Below, one piece after another: positions 9,527 through 18,022 of a stretch of DNA of 64,000 nt. The translations under genes were made by a program, and so were the position numbers. Each line of letters starts with the position of its first letter. Positions within the stretch are counted from its first letter, which is position 1. The DNA is taken from the NCBI GenBank assembly GCA_965218435.1, contig CBDCKW010000009.1, positions 3,799,575-3,863,574 on the forward strand, given 5' to 3'. The notes beneath the pieces were generated by a model that worked only from the letters and a program-made list of their open reading frames with translations, did no database searches and was not told where the DNA came from. The DNA comes from Truepera sp. (GTDB taxonomy: Bacteria > Deinococcota > Deinococci > Deinococcales > Trueperaceae).

Positions 9527-9988
9527 TCAGTTGCTCCCACCAGAAACCGCCCCGCCACTCGCCGAATTCTCCGGCACGCCTTCACTGGTATACATCAGGC
9601 GGTGAATCCGCCACTTTCCCTCCGTTTTTTTGAGAACCTGTAAAAAATTTCCTGCTGGATAGTCGCCTACCACGAAGGCGACGTCTCCGAGCAGCCACGC
9701 TTCTGAGACCGAACTCGAGGATTCGCTAAAGCCACCCTCGAAGCTCTCGCGCTGAAACTCCTGTATGGCCGCGCGACCCTCCAAATGCCCACCCTCGGCA
9801 AAGAGCTCGGCGTCTTCGGTAAAGAGTTGACCCATGGCAACTGCATCTTGCTGGCTCACGATGTCATTGAACTGTCCAACTACGCTTTTAGCAACCCTGA
9901 ACGCCTCGGTATCCCCCTGAGCTAAACCAAAACCGAAACACAGAGCGACTGAAGCGAAGATCAGCCGCGTGGAGCGTGGATATTTCAT
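9527..9988 (-). CDS. Secreted NTF2/SnoaL-like (DUF4440-like) protein
   Basis: Signal peptide MKYPRSTRLIFASVALCFGFGLAQG. The AMGQLFTEDAELF...GRAAIQEF pattern is typical of the NTF2-like fold. Confidence 0.5.
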   Translation of the reverse strand: MKYPRSTRLIFASVALCFGFGLAQGDTEAFRVAKSVVGQFNDIVSQQDAVAMGQLFTEDAELFAEGGHLEGRAAIQEFQRESFEGGFSESSSSVSEAWLLGDVAFVVGDYPAGNFLQVLKKTEGKWRIHRLMYTSEGVPENSASGGAVSGGSN

Positions 9989-10253
9989 GGTTTACCTTTC
10001 TGCACCTTGGTCAAATCGTGTCGTGTAATCTGCGGCGGATACCTGCCTTACCTGCCTTACCGTGAGGGTTTATTTCCAGTTGAGTCGTTCCTTTTTCACA
10101 CCCGAAACTGCTGCTAACGGGCTGCGAAAAGTCTCTGCCGGATTCAGCTTGCACGAAAGAGCATGTCCGCTGCATGTCCGGGCCGTGCTATAACGCGGAC
10201 AAACGTCTTGGCACCTCGAGCGGAAAGAGGCCACCGCAACCTGTTGCAGACGA

Positions 10254-10286
10254 GGGTGCAGGGACGGGGTATCCGACCCTGCACCC
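10254..10286 (-). terminator. GC-rich hairpin downstream of the small-protein operon
   Basis: GGGTGCAGGG (10254-10263) pairs with CCCTGCACCC (10277-10286). No clear U-tract. Confidence 0.4.
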
Positions 10287-10319
10287 CTGCTACCGAGTAT
10301 TCTCAGCGGTAATTGCGTG

Positions 10320-10595
10320 TTACCTGTTCTGTTCGGTCAAGAAAGCGCGGTAATCGCGCTTGAGCTGTCTTACCTCGTTTGCTTCCGTAGCTGCCTTGGC
10401 GTGCCGCTGCGCGGTCATAAAGGCTCGGCGCTCTCGCCTAAGTCTTTGCTCCTCGCCCAAGCTCGTCCAGGAGCGTTGAACCGCTTCGTACTGTCGAAAC
10501 ATGATTTTCTCTTGTCGCATCTCCTCCCCAAAGGTCTGGGCGAAAGCCAGTAAACTCCACGAGAGCACCAGAATCGTAACGACCTGCTTTTTCAT
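10320..10595 (-). CDS. Small secreted helical, highly charged protein (P3, 91 aa)
   Basis: ATG preceded by AAGGAG with a 6-nt spacer. Signal peptide MKKQVVTILVLSWSLLAFAQ. The mature part is Arg/Glu/Gln-rich with repeated F(M/L)T.Q motifs. Confidence 0.65.
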   Translation of the reverse strand: MKKQVVTILVLSWSLLAFAQTFGEEMRQEKIMFRQYEAVQRSWTSLGEEQRLRRERRAFMTAQRHAKAATEANEVRQLKRDYRAFLTEQNR

Positions 10596-10646
10596 TGTCT
10601 TCTCCTTTGCTACCGTTAAAGATTTGCTTGAACAGCTACCACCGCG

Positions 10647-10799
10647 CTACCTCGGTCCTCGAGGAGGACACGGTGCAGGTTTTGCATAGAAACAAATGAT
10701 GGGTTTAGGTTGTGGGAGTTTTGGGATGTCTAAAGCCACGTCCCAAGCAAATCCGGTACCGAGTAGCGCTGTACAGAAGATGACGCTAAACTTTCTCAT
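10647..10799 (-). CDS. Small secreted Pro/Cys-containing peptide precursor (P2, 50 aa)
   Basis: ATG at 10799 preceded by GGAAGGAG with a 7-nt spacer. MRKFSVIFCTALLGTGFA is the signal; the predicted 32-aa mature part is WDVALDIPKLPQPKPIICFYAKPAPCPPRGPR. The ORF-track start at 10838 is probably too far upstream. Confidence 0.55.
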   Translation of the reverse strand: MRKFSVIFCTALLGTGFAWDVALDIPKLPQPKPIICFYAKPAPCPPRGPR

Positions 10800-10830
10800 A
10801 CTGCTCTCCTTCCCCTGCCGTGAGTCAGCT

Positions 10831-11085
10831 TCAGTCAACTGTCACGCCGAGAGCTTCCAGGGCCGCTTTGAGCTGCTTCTCTCTCAACCTTGCGGCGTCC
10901 TCTTCGCTGACCGGTGTGGCGGCGGGTGTAGGGGAGACGAGCCGGACTTTTTGAGGTTGCCGCTCCGCCCCTCTCCACGCGCCGTAGTCAGGAAAGACGC
11001 TTGGGCTGGCGTCGCTGTAGGCAAAGACCAGTGGGCCAGCGACCATCACCGACGCCCTAATTAAGGTTCTCAGTTTCTTGTTCAC
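10831..11085 (-). CDS. Small secreted protein (P1, 84 aa)
   Basis: GTG at 11085 preceded by AAGGAGG with a 5-nt spacer. N-terminal signal-like KKLRTLIRASVMVAGPLVFAYS. The stop overlaps the extended ORF of P2. Confidence 0.6.
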   Translation of the reverse strand: MNKKLRTLIRASVMVAGPLVFAYSDASPSVFPDYGAWRGAERQPQKVRLVSPTPAATPVSEEDAARLREKQLKAALEALGVTVD

Positions 11086-11156
11086 CGTTTCCTCCTTCAA
11101 AAAGAGGATGCACCGGGGCCTTTGTCCACGGCGTGCCCGAAGAGTGTCCGCTGTAC

Positions 11157-11162
11157 TACAAT
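11157..11162 (+). promoter_or_regulatory. -10-like TACAAT 6 nt upstream of the ATG of the STAND regulator (possible leaderless mRNA)
   Basis: TACAAT, then gtggac, then ATG (11169). No SD and no convincing -35. Confidence 0.3.
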
Positions 11163-11168
11163 GTGGAC

Positions 11169-14153
11169 ATGCTGCTCCGCACGCTGGGAGGCCTCGAGCT
11201 GGTCTCGTCGTCGTTCGCGCGCTCCAAGCCCCTCTTGCTGCTCTCCTACCTGGCGCTCGAAGGTGCTAAGGAACGCCGCTACCTCGCCGAGCTGTTCTGG
11301 TGTGACGCGACCGACCCGCTCAACCGCCTCGCCGTGACGTTGGCGCGGTTGCGCAAAGCAGGCCCCGGCATCGTAGGTGTAAACCACACAAGGGTCTGGG
11401 CAAAGCTCTCTACAGACGCCCAAGTGCTTCTGGCGGCAGTTGAAGAGGGCCGGTATGAGGAGGCTGTCAAGCTTTACCGTGGCCCTTTTTTGGAAGGGGT
11501 CTACTTCAGGGATTGGGGGAGCGAACTCGAGGAGTGGGTCTACGGTACCCGGGATTTTGTAGCGAGTCAGGTTAAGACGGCGCAGCTCGCGCTGGCGGAA
11601 ACAGAAGCTGCGGAGGGAAGGTTCCGAGACGCCGCCAAGCGTGCCGAAGCTGCCTACTCGGTCGTAAAAACGGTGGGGCTCGAGCCGGGCGATATCCTCC
11701 GGCTCCACACCTTGCTGCTCGCCGGTGACAATCCGCGCACAGTGACGCTGCGAGAGGAGGCCGAAACGTTCGGCGTGGCGCTCCTAACCACGTCCGGCGA
11801 GGCTAAGGACGCCCTAAAACACGCCCATGCTCCTGAGCTGCCAAACAACTTGCCCAGCCGCCGTAACAGTTTCGTCGGGCGTACCCATGAGGCAGCCCAA
11901 CTTGCGGCTATGCTCGCCGACCCCGAGCAGCGGTTAATTACGGTCGTCGGCTCGGCGGGGGTTGGCAAAACGATTTTGGCGCTCGAGGCGGCGCGGCAGC
12001 AGTTGCGGTTGGGGAACTTCGCAGACGGCGTTTACTTCGTTCCCTTAGACGCGCTGAGTAGCGCCTCGGCGATTCCGGGTAGGCTTGCGGTAGTACTCGG
12101 TGCGCCCGCGCAAGACAAAGCTTCACCTCTCGTGCAAGTTGGGCGTTACCTCGGTGCCAAACACCTGCTGCTCGTCCTCGACAACTACGAGCATCTTTTA
12201 GACGGGGTGGGCGTCGTCACTGAGTTGTTAGAGGCTTGCCCGCAGCTCAGGCTGCTCGTGACCTCGAGGGAGACGCTAAACCTTCAAGAAGAGTGGCGTT
12301 TGACCCTTGAGGGTTTACCGTTTGTAGGCGAAGCCGACTCCCAACTCCCGCTTGACTGTGACGCTATCAATCTCTTTTGCCAGCGTGCGCGGCAAGTTCA
12401 GCCAGCTTTTACCCTGACGGCAGAAAATGCGCCGGGTATCCGCGCCATCTGCCGCTTAGTCGAAGGTTTACCGCTCGGGCTCGAGTTAGCTGCCTCATGG
12501 GTCAGAGTTATGCCCTGCGCGGAGATTGCCGCAGAGATCGCCAAAGACCTGGATTTTCTTTCGTCCAGCACACAAAACGTCGCCGAGCGGCACAAAAGCC
12601 TGCGCGCTGCTTTTGAACATTCGTGGCGGCTTCTGAACCCTAAAGAGCAGGAGGTGTTAAGAAAGCTCGCGGTCTTTCGTGGCGGCTTTACCAGAGATAC
12701 GAGCGCGGCGGTGGCGGGAGCTACAATTTCGGTGCTGGCGTCGCTCGTTGACAAGTCGCTGTTACGCGTAGGTGAAGGGAGCCGTTTCGACAGGCACCCG
12801 CTGCTCTACAGCTTCACTTTAGAGAAGCTGGCCGAGTACCCCAAGGAGAAGGCGGCGGTGGAAGCGAGACACGCTGCGGCCTTTAGCGACCTGGCGGAGC
12901 GTCTGGCGTTTGAAACTGAAGGTTCCCAACCAGGTCGGGCGTATACACGCCTCGAGGCAGAGCTTGAAAACTTCCGTGCTGCCTGGAACTGGGCTGTGGC
13001 GAACAAGAACGCTCCAACCTTTGACGCGTGCGGCAAGGCGCTCGGTCAATATCTTTTTAACCGGGGGCAGAGCGAGGAAGCCGTCACGCTGTGGACGTCA
13101 GCGCTAGCTGTTTTAGATGAGGCCGACGTATCGCACCGCGAAACACGCGCCAACTTGATGGCATCTCTCAGCTATGAGTACGAGGGGCTGGGACGCTTGG
13201 ACGAGGCTGAGGAACTTGCCGAGCGCGGTTTGGCCCTTCTGCGTCCACACCCTGGAGGACGTGAAACTATTTTCGGTATGTTTAACTGCCTGCTCACTCT
13301 GGCGGTTGTCGCCCAGCGGCGGGGACAGTTTCGCCGAGCTATCGCCTTTCTACACGAACAGGAAGCGCTCGGCCTGTTCTACCTGGGGACGAACCTCTCT
13401 CAAGGACGGCACCTCAACAACTTGGGCCTCTTAGAGACAAGCGCGGGTGACTACCCGGCGGCTCGGATTTATCTGCAAAGAGCGCTCGAGCACAACCGTA
13501 AAGACAACAACGTGCGCGGCGTTGTTACCTCACTCTTCTTGCTGGGCGACGCGCACTTTCACGCAGGCGAAGCTGAAACGGCGAGGCGCTACTACCGAGA
13601 GGCTGCCGTACTGGTGCGCCGGGAGGGGTTAGGTTGGGGAAACGATGACTTCGCGCTCGAGCACTTGGGCAAGGCCGCACTCGCGCTGGGCGACTTTGGA
13701 GAGGCGAAGAACGTCGCTTGTGAGTTGTTGGAGAAACACCCGTCACCTGACGCATTTCGTGGGGGAGCCTTGGAACTCTTGGGGCGCGTCGCTACCGCCC
13801 AGGGTCATTTTGACCAAGCTGCGCTTTATCTGAGGCAGGTCGCTCAACTATACTCGGAACACCGTGACGACCTCAACCTCGGTCAGCTGGATAGCCTCCA
13901 GGATGTCCTGCTTTCTTTTACCGAGCTGTGGGTCAAAGAGCGGCGTTATGGGCAGGCTGCTGCCGTACTGGGGTTCTTGCTCCGTCATCTGCATGAGGCT
14001 TATGCGCGGGCTCGGGCCGAGCAACTCCTAACTGCTGCTCGCCACGCCCTTTCGCCTGAAGAACTCGGTTCAGCCGCACATCAAGGTCAGGCGCTAAGTT
14101 TAGACATGGTGTGGGAATTTTTAACCGGAGCAGCGCCGATAGACCGTTGTTAG
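11169..14153 (+). CDS. AfsR/SARP-like STAND regulator: OmpR-type wHTH plus BTAD, NB-ARC P-loop NTPase, C-terminal TPR array
   Basis: N-terminus MLLRTLGGLEL...KPLLLLSYLALEG...LAELFW is SARP wHTH-like. LYRGPFLEG is BTAD-like. VVGSAGVGKT is Walker A and LLVLDNYEH is Walker B. TPR-like repeats fill the C-terminal ~450 aa. The ORF-track start is 11133; ATG 11169 is preferred. Confidence 0.8.
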   Translation: MLLRTLGGLELVSSSFARSKPLLLLSYLALEGAKERRYLAELFWCDATDPLNRLAVTLARLRKAGPGIVGVNHTRVWAKLSTDAQVLLAAVEEGRYEEAVKLYRGPFLEGVYFRDWGSELEEWVYGTRDFVASQVKTAQLALAETEAAEGRFRDAAKRAEAAYSVVKTVGLEPGDILRLHTLLLAGDNPRTVTLREEAETFGVALLTTSGEAKDALKHAHAPELPNNLPSRRNSFVGRTHEAAQLAAMLADPEQRLITVVGSAGVGKTILALEAARQQLRLGNFADGVYFVPLDALSSASAIPGRLAVVLGAPAQDKASPLVQVGRYLGAKHLLLVLDNYEHLLDGVGVVTELLEACPQLRLLVTSRETLNLQEEWRLTLEGLPFVGEADSQLPLDCDAINLFCQRARQVQPAFTLTAENAPGIRAICRLVEGLPLGLELAASWVRVMPCAEIAAEIAKDLDFLSSSTQNVAERHKSLRAAFEHSWRLLNPKEQEVLRKLAVFRGGFTRDTSAAVAGATISVLASLVDKSLLRVGEGSRFDRHPLLYSFTLEKLAEYPKEKAAVEARHAAAFSDLAERLAFETEGSQPGRAYTRLEAELENFRAAWNWAVANKNAPTFDACGKALGQYLFNRGQSEEAVTLWTSALAVLDEADVSHRETRANLMASLSYEYEGLGRLDEAEELAERGLALLRPHPGGRETIFGMFNCLLTLAVVAQRRGQFRRAIAFLHEQEALGLFYLGTNLSQGRHLNNLGLLETSAGDYPAARIYLQRALEHNRKDNNVRGVVTSLFLLGDAHFHAGEAETARRYYREAAVLVRREGLGWGNDDFALEHLGKAALALGDFGEAKNVACELLEKHPSPDAFRGGALELLGRVATAQGHFDQAALYLRQVAQLYSEHRDDLNLGQLDSLQDVLLSFTELWVKERRYGQAAAVLGFLLRHLHEAYARARAEQLLTAARHALSPEELGSAAHQGQALSLDMVWEFLTGAAPIDRC

Positions 14154-14212
14154 ATAAGCTGGTACCCGGTTCAGATCGGTTCGTCGAGATGCCCGCCGAC
14201 ACTTACGCCCGG

Positions 14213-14252
14213 ATGTTTGGAACCTAATGTTTAGAACCCAAGCTTTAGAGCC
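14213..14252. repeat. Three tandem imperfect 14-bp repeats
   Basis: ATGTTTGGAACC (14213), ATGTTTAGAACC (14227) and AGCTTTAGAGCC (14241), with a 14-bp period, between the STAND gene and fdhD. Confidence 0.8.
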
Positions 14253-14435
14253 TGTTATTTAAGTAGAAAAACTGAGCTTGCTAGCGAGAGCTAAGCCCTA
14301 TGCCGACATGTAAACCCGTAAAGTTTGACGACACAGTGTAGTTTTAGACCCGGCCTGTACAATAGAGAGAACGTGAAACACTGCTATCTTCTTGCGGCAA
14401 GTGGTAAGAACGAGCAAGTATGGAGAGGAGCCGAG

Positions 14436-15320
14436 GTGCTAGACGTACCGGTTCGGGCCAAGCGCCCGACGAATAAACGCAAGACCAAGGTCGTGACGGT
14501 TGACGGAGCAAGTGTCAAACGCCGTAACGACACGTTAGCGACTGAAGAACCGCTCGAGCTGCGCCTCTTAGCCGGGGGTGAGCGGCAAAACGTCACACAA
14601 AACGTTGCGGTGACGATGCGGACACCGGGGGCAGACTTTGAGTTAGCTGCCGGGTTTTTGTACGGTGAAGGCATCATCAAGAGTCGAGACGAGATTTTGC
14701 GGATTTCGTACTGCACCGACGCCGAGCAGCAGTACAACACCGTCAACGTCGCGCTGCGCGGGGCGATGCCGGAGGTGGGGCGGCTCGAGCGTCACTTCAC
14801 CACCACCTCGGCGTGCGGCGTGTGCGGGAAGGCGAGTTTGGAGAGCTTAGAGCTGCAGGCTTGTCCACTGCCCGCGCCGACGTTTTCCGTCTCTCCAGAA
14901 GTCATCACCTCACTCCCGGACAAACTCCGAGCCGCGCAAGGTCTTTTTGACGCGACCGGCGGCCTCCACGCGGCGGCGCTGTTTACCAAAACGGGTGAAC
15001 TCATTGCCTTACGTGAAGATGTCGGGCGGCACAATGCGCTCGATAAACTCATCGGTTGGGCGCTGTTAGAAGGTTTGTTACCGTTACGTGAGCATATCGT
15101 GCTGCTCAGCGGCCGTGCGAGTTTTGAACTGCTACAAAAGTCTTTGATGGCCGGAGTTCCGCTCGTCTGCGCCGTGTCTGCGCCGAGCAGTCTGGCGGTG
15201 TCGGTCGCCCGGAGTTTTAACCTGACGCTGCTTGGGTTTTTGCGCGGTGAGCGGTTTAATATCTATAGTGGAGAAGCTAGAATTAAGCTTAGCGAAGTCG
15301 GCGCGCAACTCGCGCTCTAA
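14436..15320 (+). CDS. fdhD: Formate dehydrogenase accessory sulfurtransferase FdhD
   Basis: TSACGVCGK motif and GRHNALDK. GTG 14436 is preceded by GGAGAGGAG. The ORF-track start at 14325 gives an implausible N-terminal extension. Confidence 0.85.
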   Translation: MLDVPVRAKRPTNKRKTKVVTVDGASVKRRNDTLATEEPLELRLLAGGERQNVTQNVAVTMRTPGADFELAAGFLYGEGIIKSRDEILRISYCTDAEQQYNTVNVALRGAMPEVGRLERHFTTTSACGVCGKASLESLELQACPLPAPTFSVSPEVITSLPDKLRAAQGLFDATGGLHAAALFTKTGELIALREDVGRHNALDKLIGWALLEGLLPLREHIVLLSGRASFELLQKSLMAGVPLVCAVSAPSSLAVSVARSFNLTLLGFLRGERFNIYSGEARIKLSEVGAQLAL

Positions 15321-15329
15321 AGGGGAACT

Positions 15330-17858
15330 ATGGACGTAAAAGATGGTGACGTCAAAACCGAAGAAAACCAAAGCCACGCCGAAGCTCACGGTGAGCCCGA
15401 CCACTACGAGGTCAAAAAAGACGTAGAACACGTGGCGAATGAGCAGCCTGACGGTAAAACGACCCGTGAAGAAGACGGCATTTTTGCTCAGCCCCCGCCC
15501 GAGTTTACCGGTCTTAAATTAGGAAAGCGCAAGACGACCGCTGCCGGATTGCCTGCCGTGATGTCAAGCATGGAGTACGCGCTGCGCGAAACCGGCCCGA
15601 TTCGCGGCGCAAAACTGCTCCTAGACATGAACCAAAAAGACGGTTTCGACTGCACCTCGTGCGCGTGGCCCGACCCGGACGAAGAACGTTCGGTGGCTGA
15701 GTTTTGCGAAAACGGTGCAAAGGCTGTGTTAGACGAAGGCACCCGCCACCGCGTCACCCCCGAGTTTTTCAAGAAGCACTCGGTTGCTGAGCTTTCAGAA
15801 CGTTCGGACTACTGGCTCAACCATCAGGGCCGCATCACCGAACCGCTGATTTTACGTGAAGGGGCGACCCATTACGAACCGATTGGTTGGACGGAAGCGT
15901 TTGCCAAACTGGGCGCAGCGTTGAACGCCCTCTCATCACCTGATGAGGCAATCTTTTACACCTCCGGTCGAGCGAGCAACGAAGCGGCCTTTTTGTATCA
16001 ACTTTTTGTCCGGCAGTACGGGACCAACAATATGCCCGACTGCTCGAACATGTGTCACGAATCGTCCGGGACGGCGCTCTCCGAAACGCTCGGCCTCGGT
16101 AAAGGTTCGGTGACGTTGGAGGATTTCTACTACACCGACCTGTTTATCATCACCGGTCAAAACCCCGGTACCAACCACCCCCGGATGATGAGCGCCTTGG
16201 AGCGCGGCAAACGCAACGGCGCGAAACTCATCGCCATCAATCCGCTGCCTGAAGCCGGGTTACTCAACTTCAAAAATCCGCAAGACTATCTGCACCCGAC
16301 CCAAGCGTTGCGTCAAGAGACGCACTTAGCCGATCTCTTTGTCCCGGTACGCATCGGCGGTGATGTGCCGCTCCTCAAAGGCGTGATGAAAGAGCTTTTG
16401 GAAGAAGAAGACCGTCGCCCCGGCGAAGTCTTCGATCACACCTTTATCGAGCGAAACACCGAAGGTTTTGACGAATTTGTCAAAGATTTGCGTGCTGAAG
16501 ACTGGGACACCATCGTCTTCGAGTCGGGGATTGGCCGGACGCAGCTCCGCGAAGTTGCCGAAATGGTCATGGCCTCGGAGCGCATCATCATCTGCTGGGC
16601 GATGGGCCTGACGCAGCACACGAACGCCGTCGGCAGCATTCAAGAGATCGTCAACTTGCTCCTCTTAAAAGGCAGCATTGGCAAACCCGGCGCGGGCACC
16701 TGCCCGGTACGCGGCCACTCGAACGTGCAGGGTGACCGGACGATGGGCGTTTGGGAACGGCCGCAAGAACCCTTTTTAGACGCGCTCCAAAAAGAGTTTA
16801 ACTTCGACCCACCCCGCGAGCACGGTTACGACACGGTTGAAGCCATCAAAGCGATGCACGAGGGGAAAGCCAAGGTCTTTTTAGCACTCGGCGGCAACTT
16901 TTTGTCCGCCACGCCCGACACCGAATACACCGCTGAGGCGCTGCAAAACTGCACGCTGACCGCGCACATCTCAACGAAACTCAACCGGGCACACCTCGTT
17001 CACGGCAAAGAGGCGCTGATTTTACCGTGTTTAGGCCGCACTGAAGCCGACGAACAGGCGACCGGGCCGCAGTTCGTCACGGTCGAGAACTCGATGGGCG
17101 TCGTTCACGACTCGCAGGGGATACTGAAACCGGCTTCGGAGCACCTTAAAAGCGAAGTCGCGATCCTCGCCGGGGTTGCTAAAGCGACGTTAGGCGGACG
17201 TTCAAACGTCGCCTGGGACGCCATGAAAGACGATTACAACCGGATTCGGGAGCATATCTCTCACGTTATTCCAGGGTGCGAAAACTACTCGGAAAAAGTG
17301 CGCGGGGCCGGGTTTTACCTCCCCAACGGCCCCCGCGAAGGTGTCTTTACCACCGACACCGAAAAAGCTAAGTTTACCGTCCATCCAATTCCCGAGCGGC
17401 CCTTGGAAGAGGACCAGTTCGTGATGATGACGATTCGTACCCACGACCAGTTCAACACGGTCGTGTACGGCCTCGACGACCGCTACCGGGGCATCAAAAA
17501 CGAACGCCGCGTCATCTTGATGAATCCTGAGGACATGGCTGAAGCGGGCATTGACGAAGGTGACGTGCTCGACTTGACCAGCCATTTTAACGGCGAGACA
17601 CGCCTTGCCGAAAGGTTTATCGCGGTGCCGTACCCGATTCCAAACGGCTGCACCGCCACGTATTTTCCTGAAGGTAACGTCTTGGTGCCGATTGGCAGCG
17701 TGGCGGAAAAATCGAATACGCCGGTTTCTAAATACGTGGTGATTACGGTTGCACCGACGCAGTATCAGGGTAAGTTTGACCCGGCGTACCAGAAGGGTAA
17801 AAAAGCTGAAGAGACTAAAGAGCTCGAGCAGGGTCGCCCCGCGCCCGCTTACTCCTAA
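15330..17858 (+). CDS. FdhF/YdeP-family molybdopterin oxidoreductase (formate-dehydrogenase-alpha-like)
   Basis: AAGLPAVMSS...DGFDCTSCAWPDP and MPDCSNMCHESSG are typical of the YdeP family. There is an acidic N-terminal extension of about 50 aa. No in-frame TGA, so this is a Cys-type rather than Sec-type enzyme. Confidence 0.8.
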   Translation: MDVKDGDVKTEENQSHAEAHGEPDHYEVKKDVEHVANEQPDGKTTREEDGIFAQPPPEFTGLKLGKRKTTAAGLPAVMSSMEYALRETGPIRGAKLLLDMNQKDGFDCTSCAWPDPDEERSVAEFCENGAKAVLDEGTRHRVTPEFFKKHSVAELSERSDYWLNHQGRITEPLILREGATHYEPIGWTEAFAKLGAALNALSSPDEAIFYTSGRASNEAAFLYQLFVRQYGTNNMPDCSNMCHESSGTALSETLGLGKGSVTLEDFYYTDLFIITGQNPGTNHPRMMSALERGKRNGAKLIAINPLPEAGLLNFKNPQDYLHPTQALRQETHLADLFVPVRIGGDVPLLKGVMKELLEEEDRRPGEVFDHTFIERNTEGFDEFVKDLRAEDWDTIVFESGIGRTQLREVAEMVMASERIIICWAMGLTQHTNAVGSIQEIVNLLLLKGSIGKPGAGTCPVRGHSNVQGDRTMGVWERPQEPFLDALQKEFNFDPPREHGYDTVEAIKAMHEGKAKVFLALGGNFLSATPDTEYTAEALQNCTLTAHISTKLNRAHLVHGKEALILPCLGRTEADEQATGPQFVTVENSMGVVHDSQGILKPASEHLKSEVAILAGVAKATLGGRSNVAWDAMKDDYNRIREHISHVIPGCENYSEKVRGAGFYLPNGPREGVFTTDTEKAKFTVHPIPERPLEEDQFVMMTIRTHDQFNTVVYGLDDRYRGIKNERRVILMNPEDMAEAGIDEGDVLDLTSHFNGETRLAERFIAVPYPIPNGCTATYFPEGNVLVPIGSVAEKSNTPVSKYVVITVAPTQYQGKFDPAYQKGKKAEETKELEQGRPAPAYS

Positions 17859-17886
17859 ACCGCGAATCTGAAACGGGTAAGCTAAA

Positions 17887-17937
17887 CAGCAAAAGCCTGA
17901 ACACAGTGCTTACACCATGTCAGGCTTTTGCTGTTTT
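17887..17937 (+). terminator. Intrinsic terminator after the YdeP-like gene
   Basis: CAGCAAAAGCCTGA (17887-17900) pairs with TCAGGCTTTTGCTG (17920-17933), followed by TTTT. Confidence 0.7.
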
Positions 17938-18022
17938 GGTATCTGGCTAGGTTGTCGCCGTCTGAACCGGGTATACTAGACGGGCTTAAACCAATTTTTA
18001 GAGGGTCTGCAAAGGAGTTTAG

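Noticed and set aside
11097-11708. 203-aa ORF antisense to the 5' part of the STAND regulator gene
   Set aside because: It lies entirely inside a gene with clear domain motifs on the other strand and has no motif or SD of its own. This is typical shadow-ORF behaviour in GC-rich DNA.
11169-14153. STAND NTPase as an Avs-type antiphage defence protein
   Set aside because: The N-terminal module is a SARP-type wHTH-BTAD DNA-binding domain, not a nuclease, protease or other effector domain. A transcriptional regulator is the better reading.
14325-14435. Upstream extension of fdhD to the TTG at 14325
   Set aside because: GTG 14436 has a GGAGAGGAG SD and gives an N-terminal length matching known FdhD proteins. 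The extension has no support.
15330-17858. Possible selenocysteine (in-frame TGA plus SECIS) in the formate-dehydrogenase-like gene
   Set aside because: The ORF is uninterrupted. The YdeP-family Cys motifs are present and no in-frame TGA exists.
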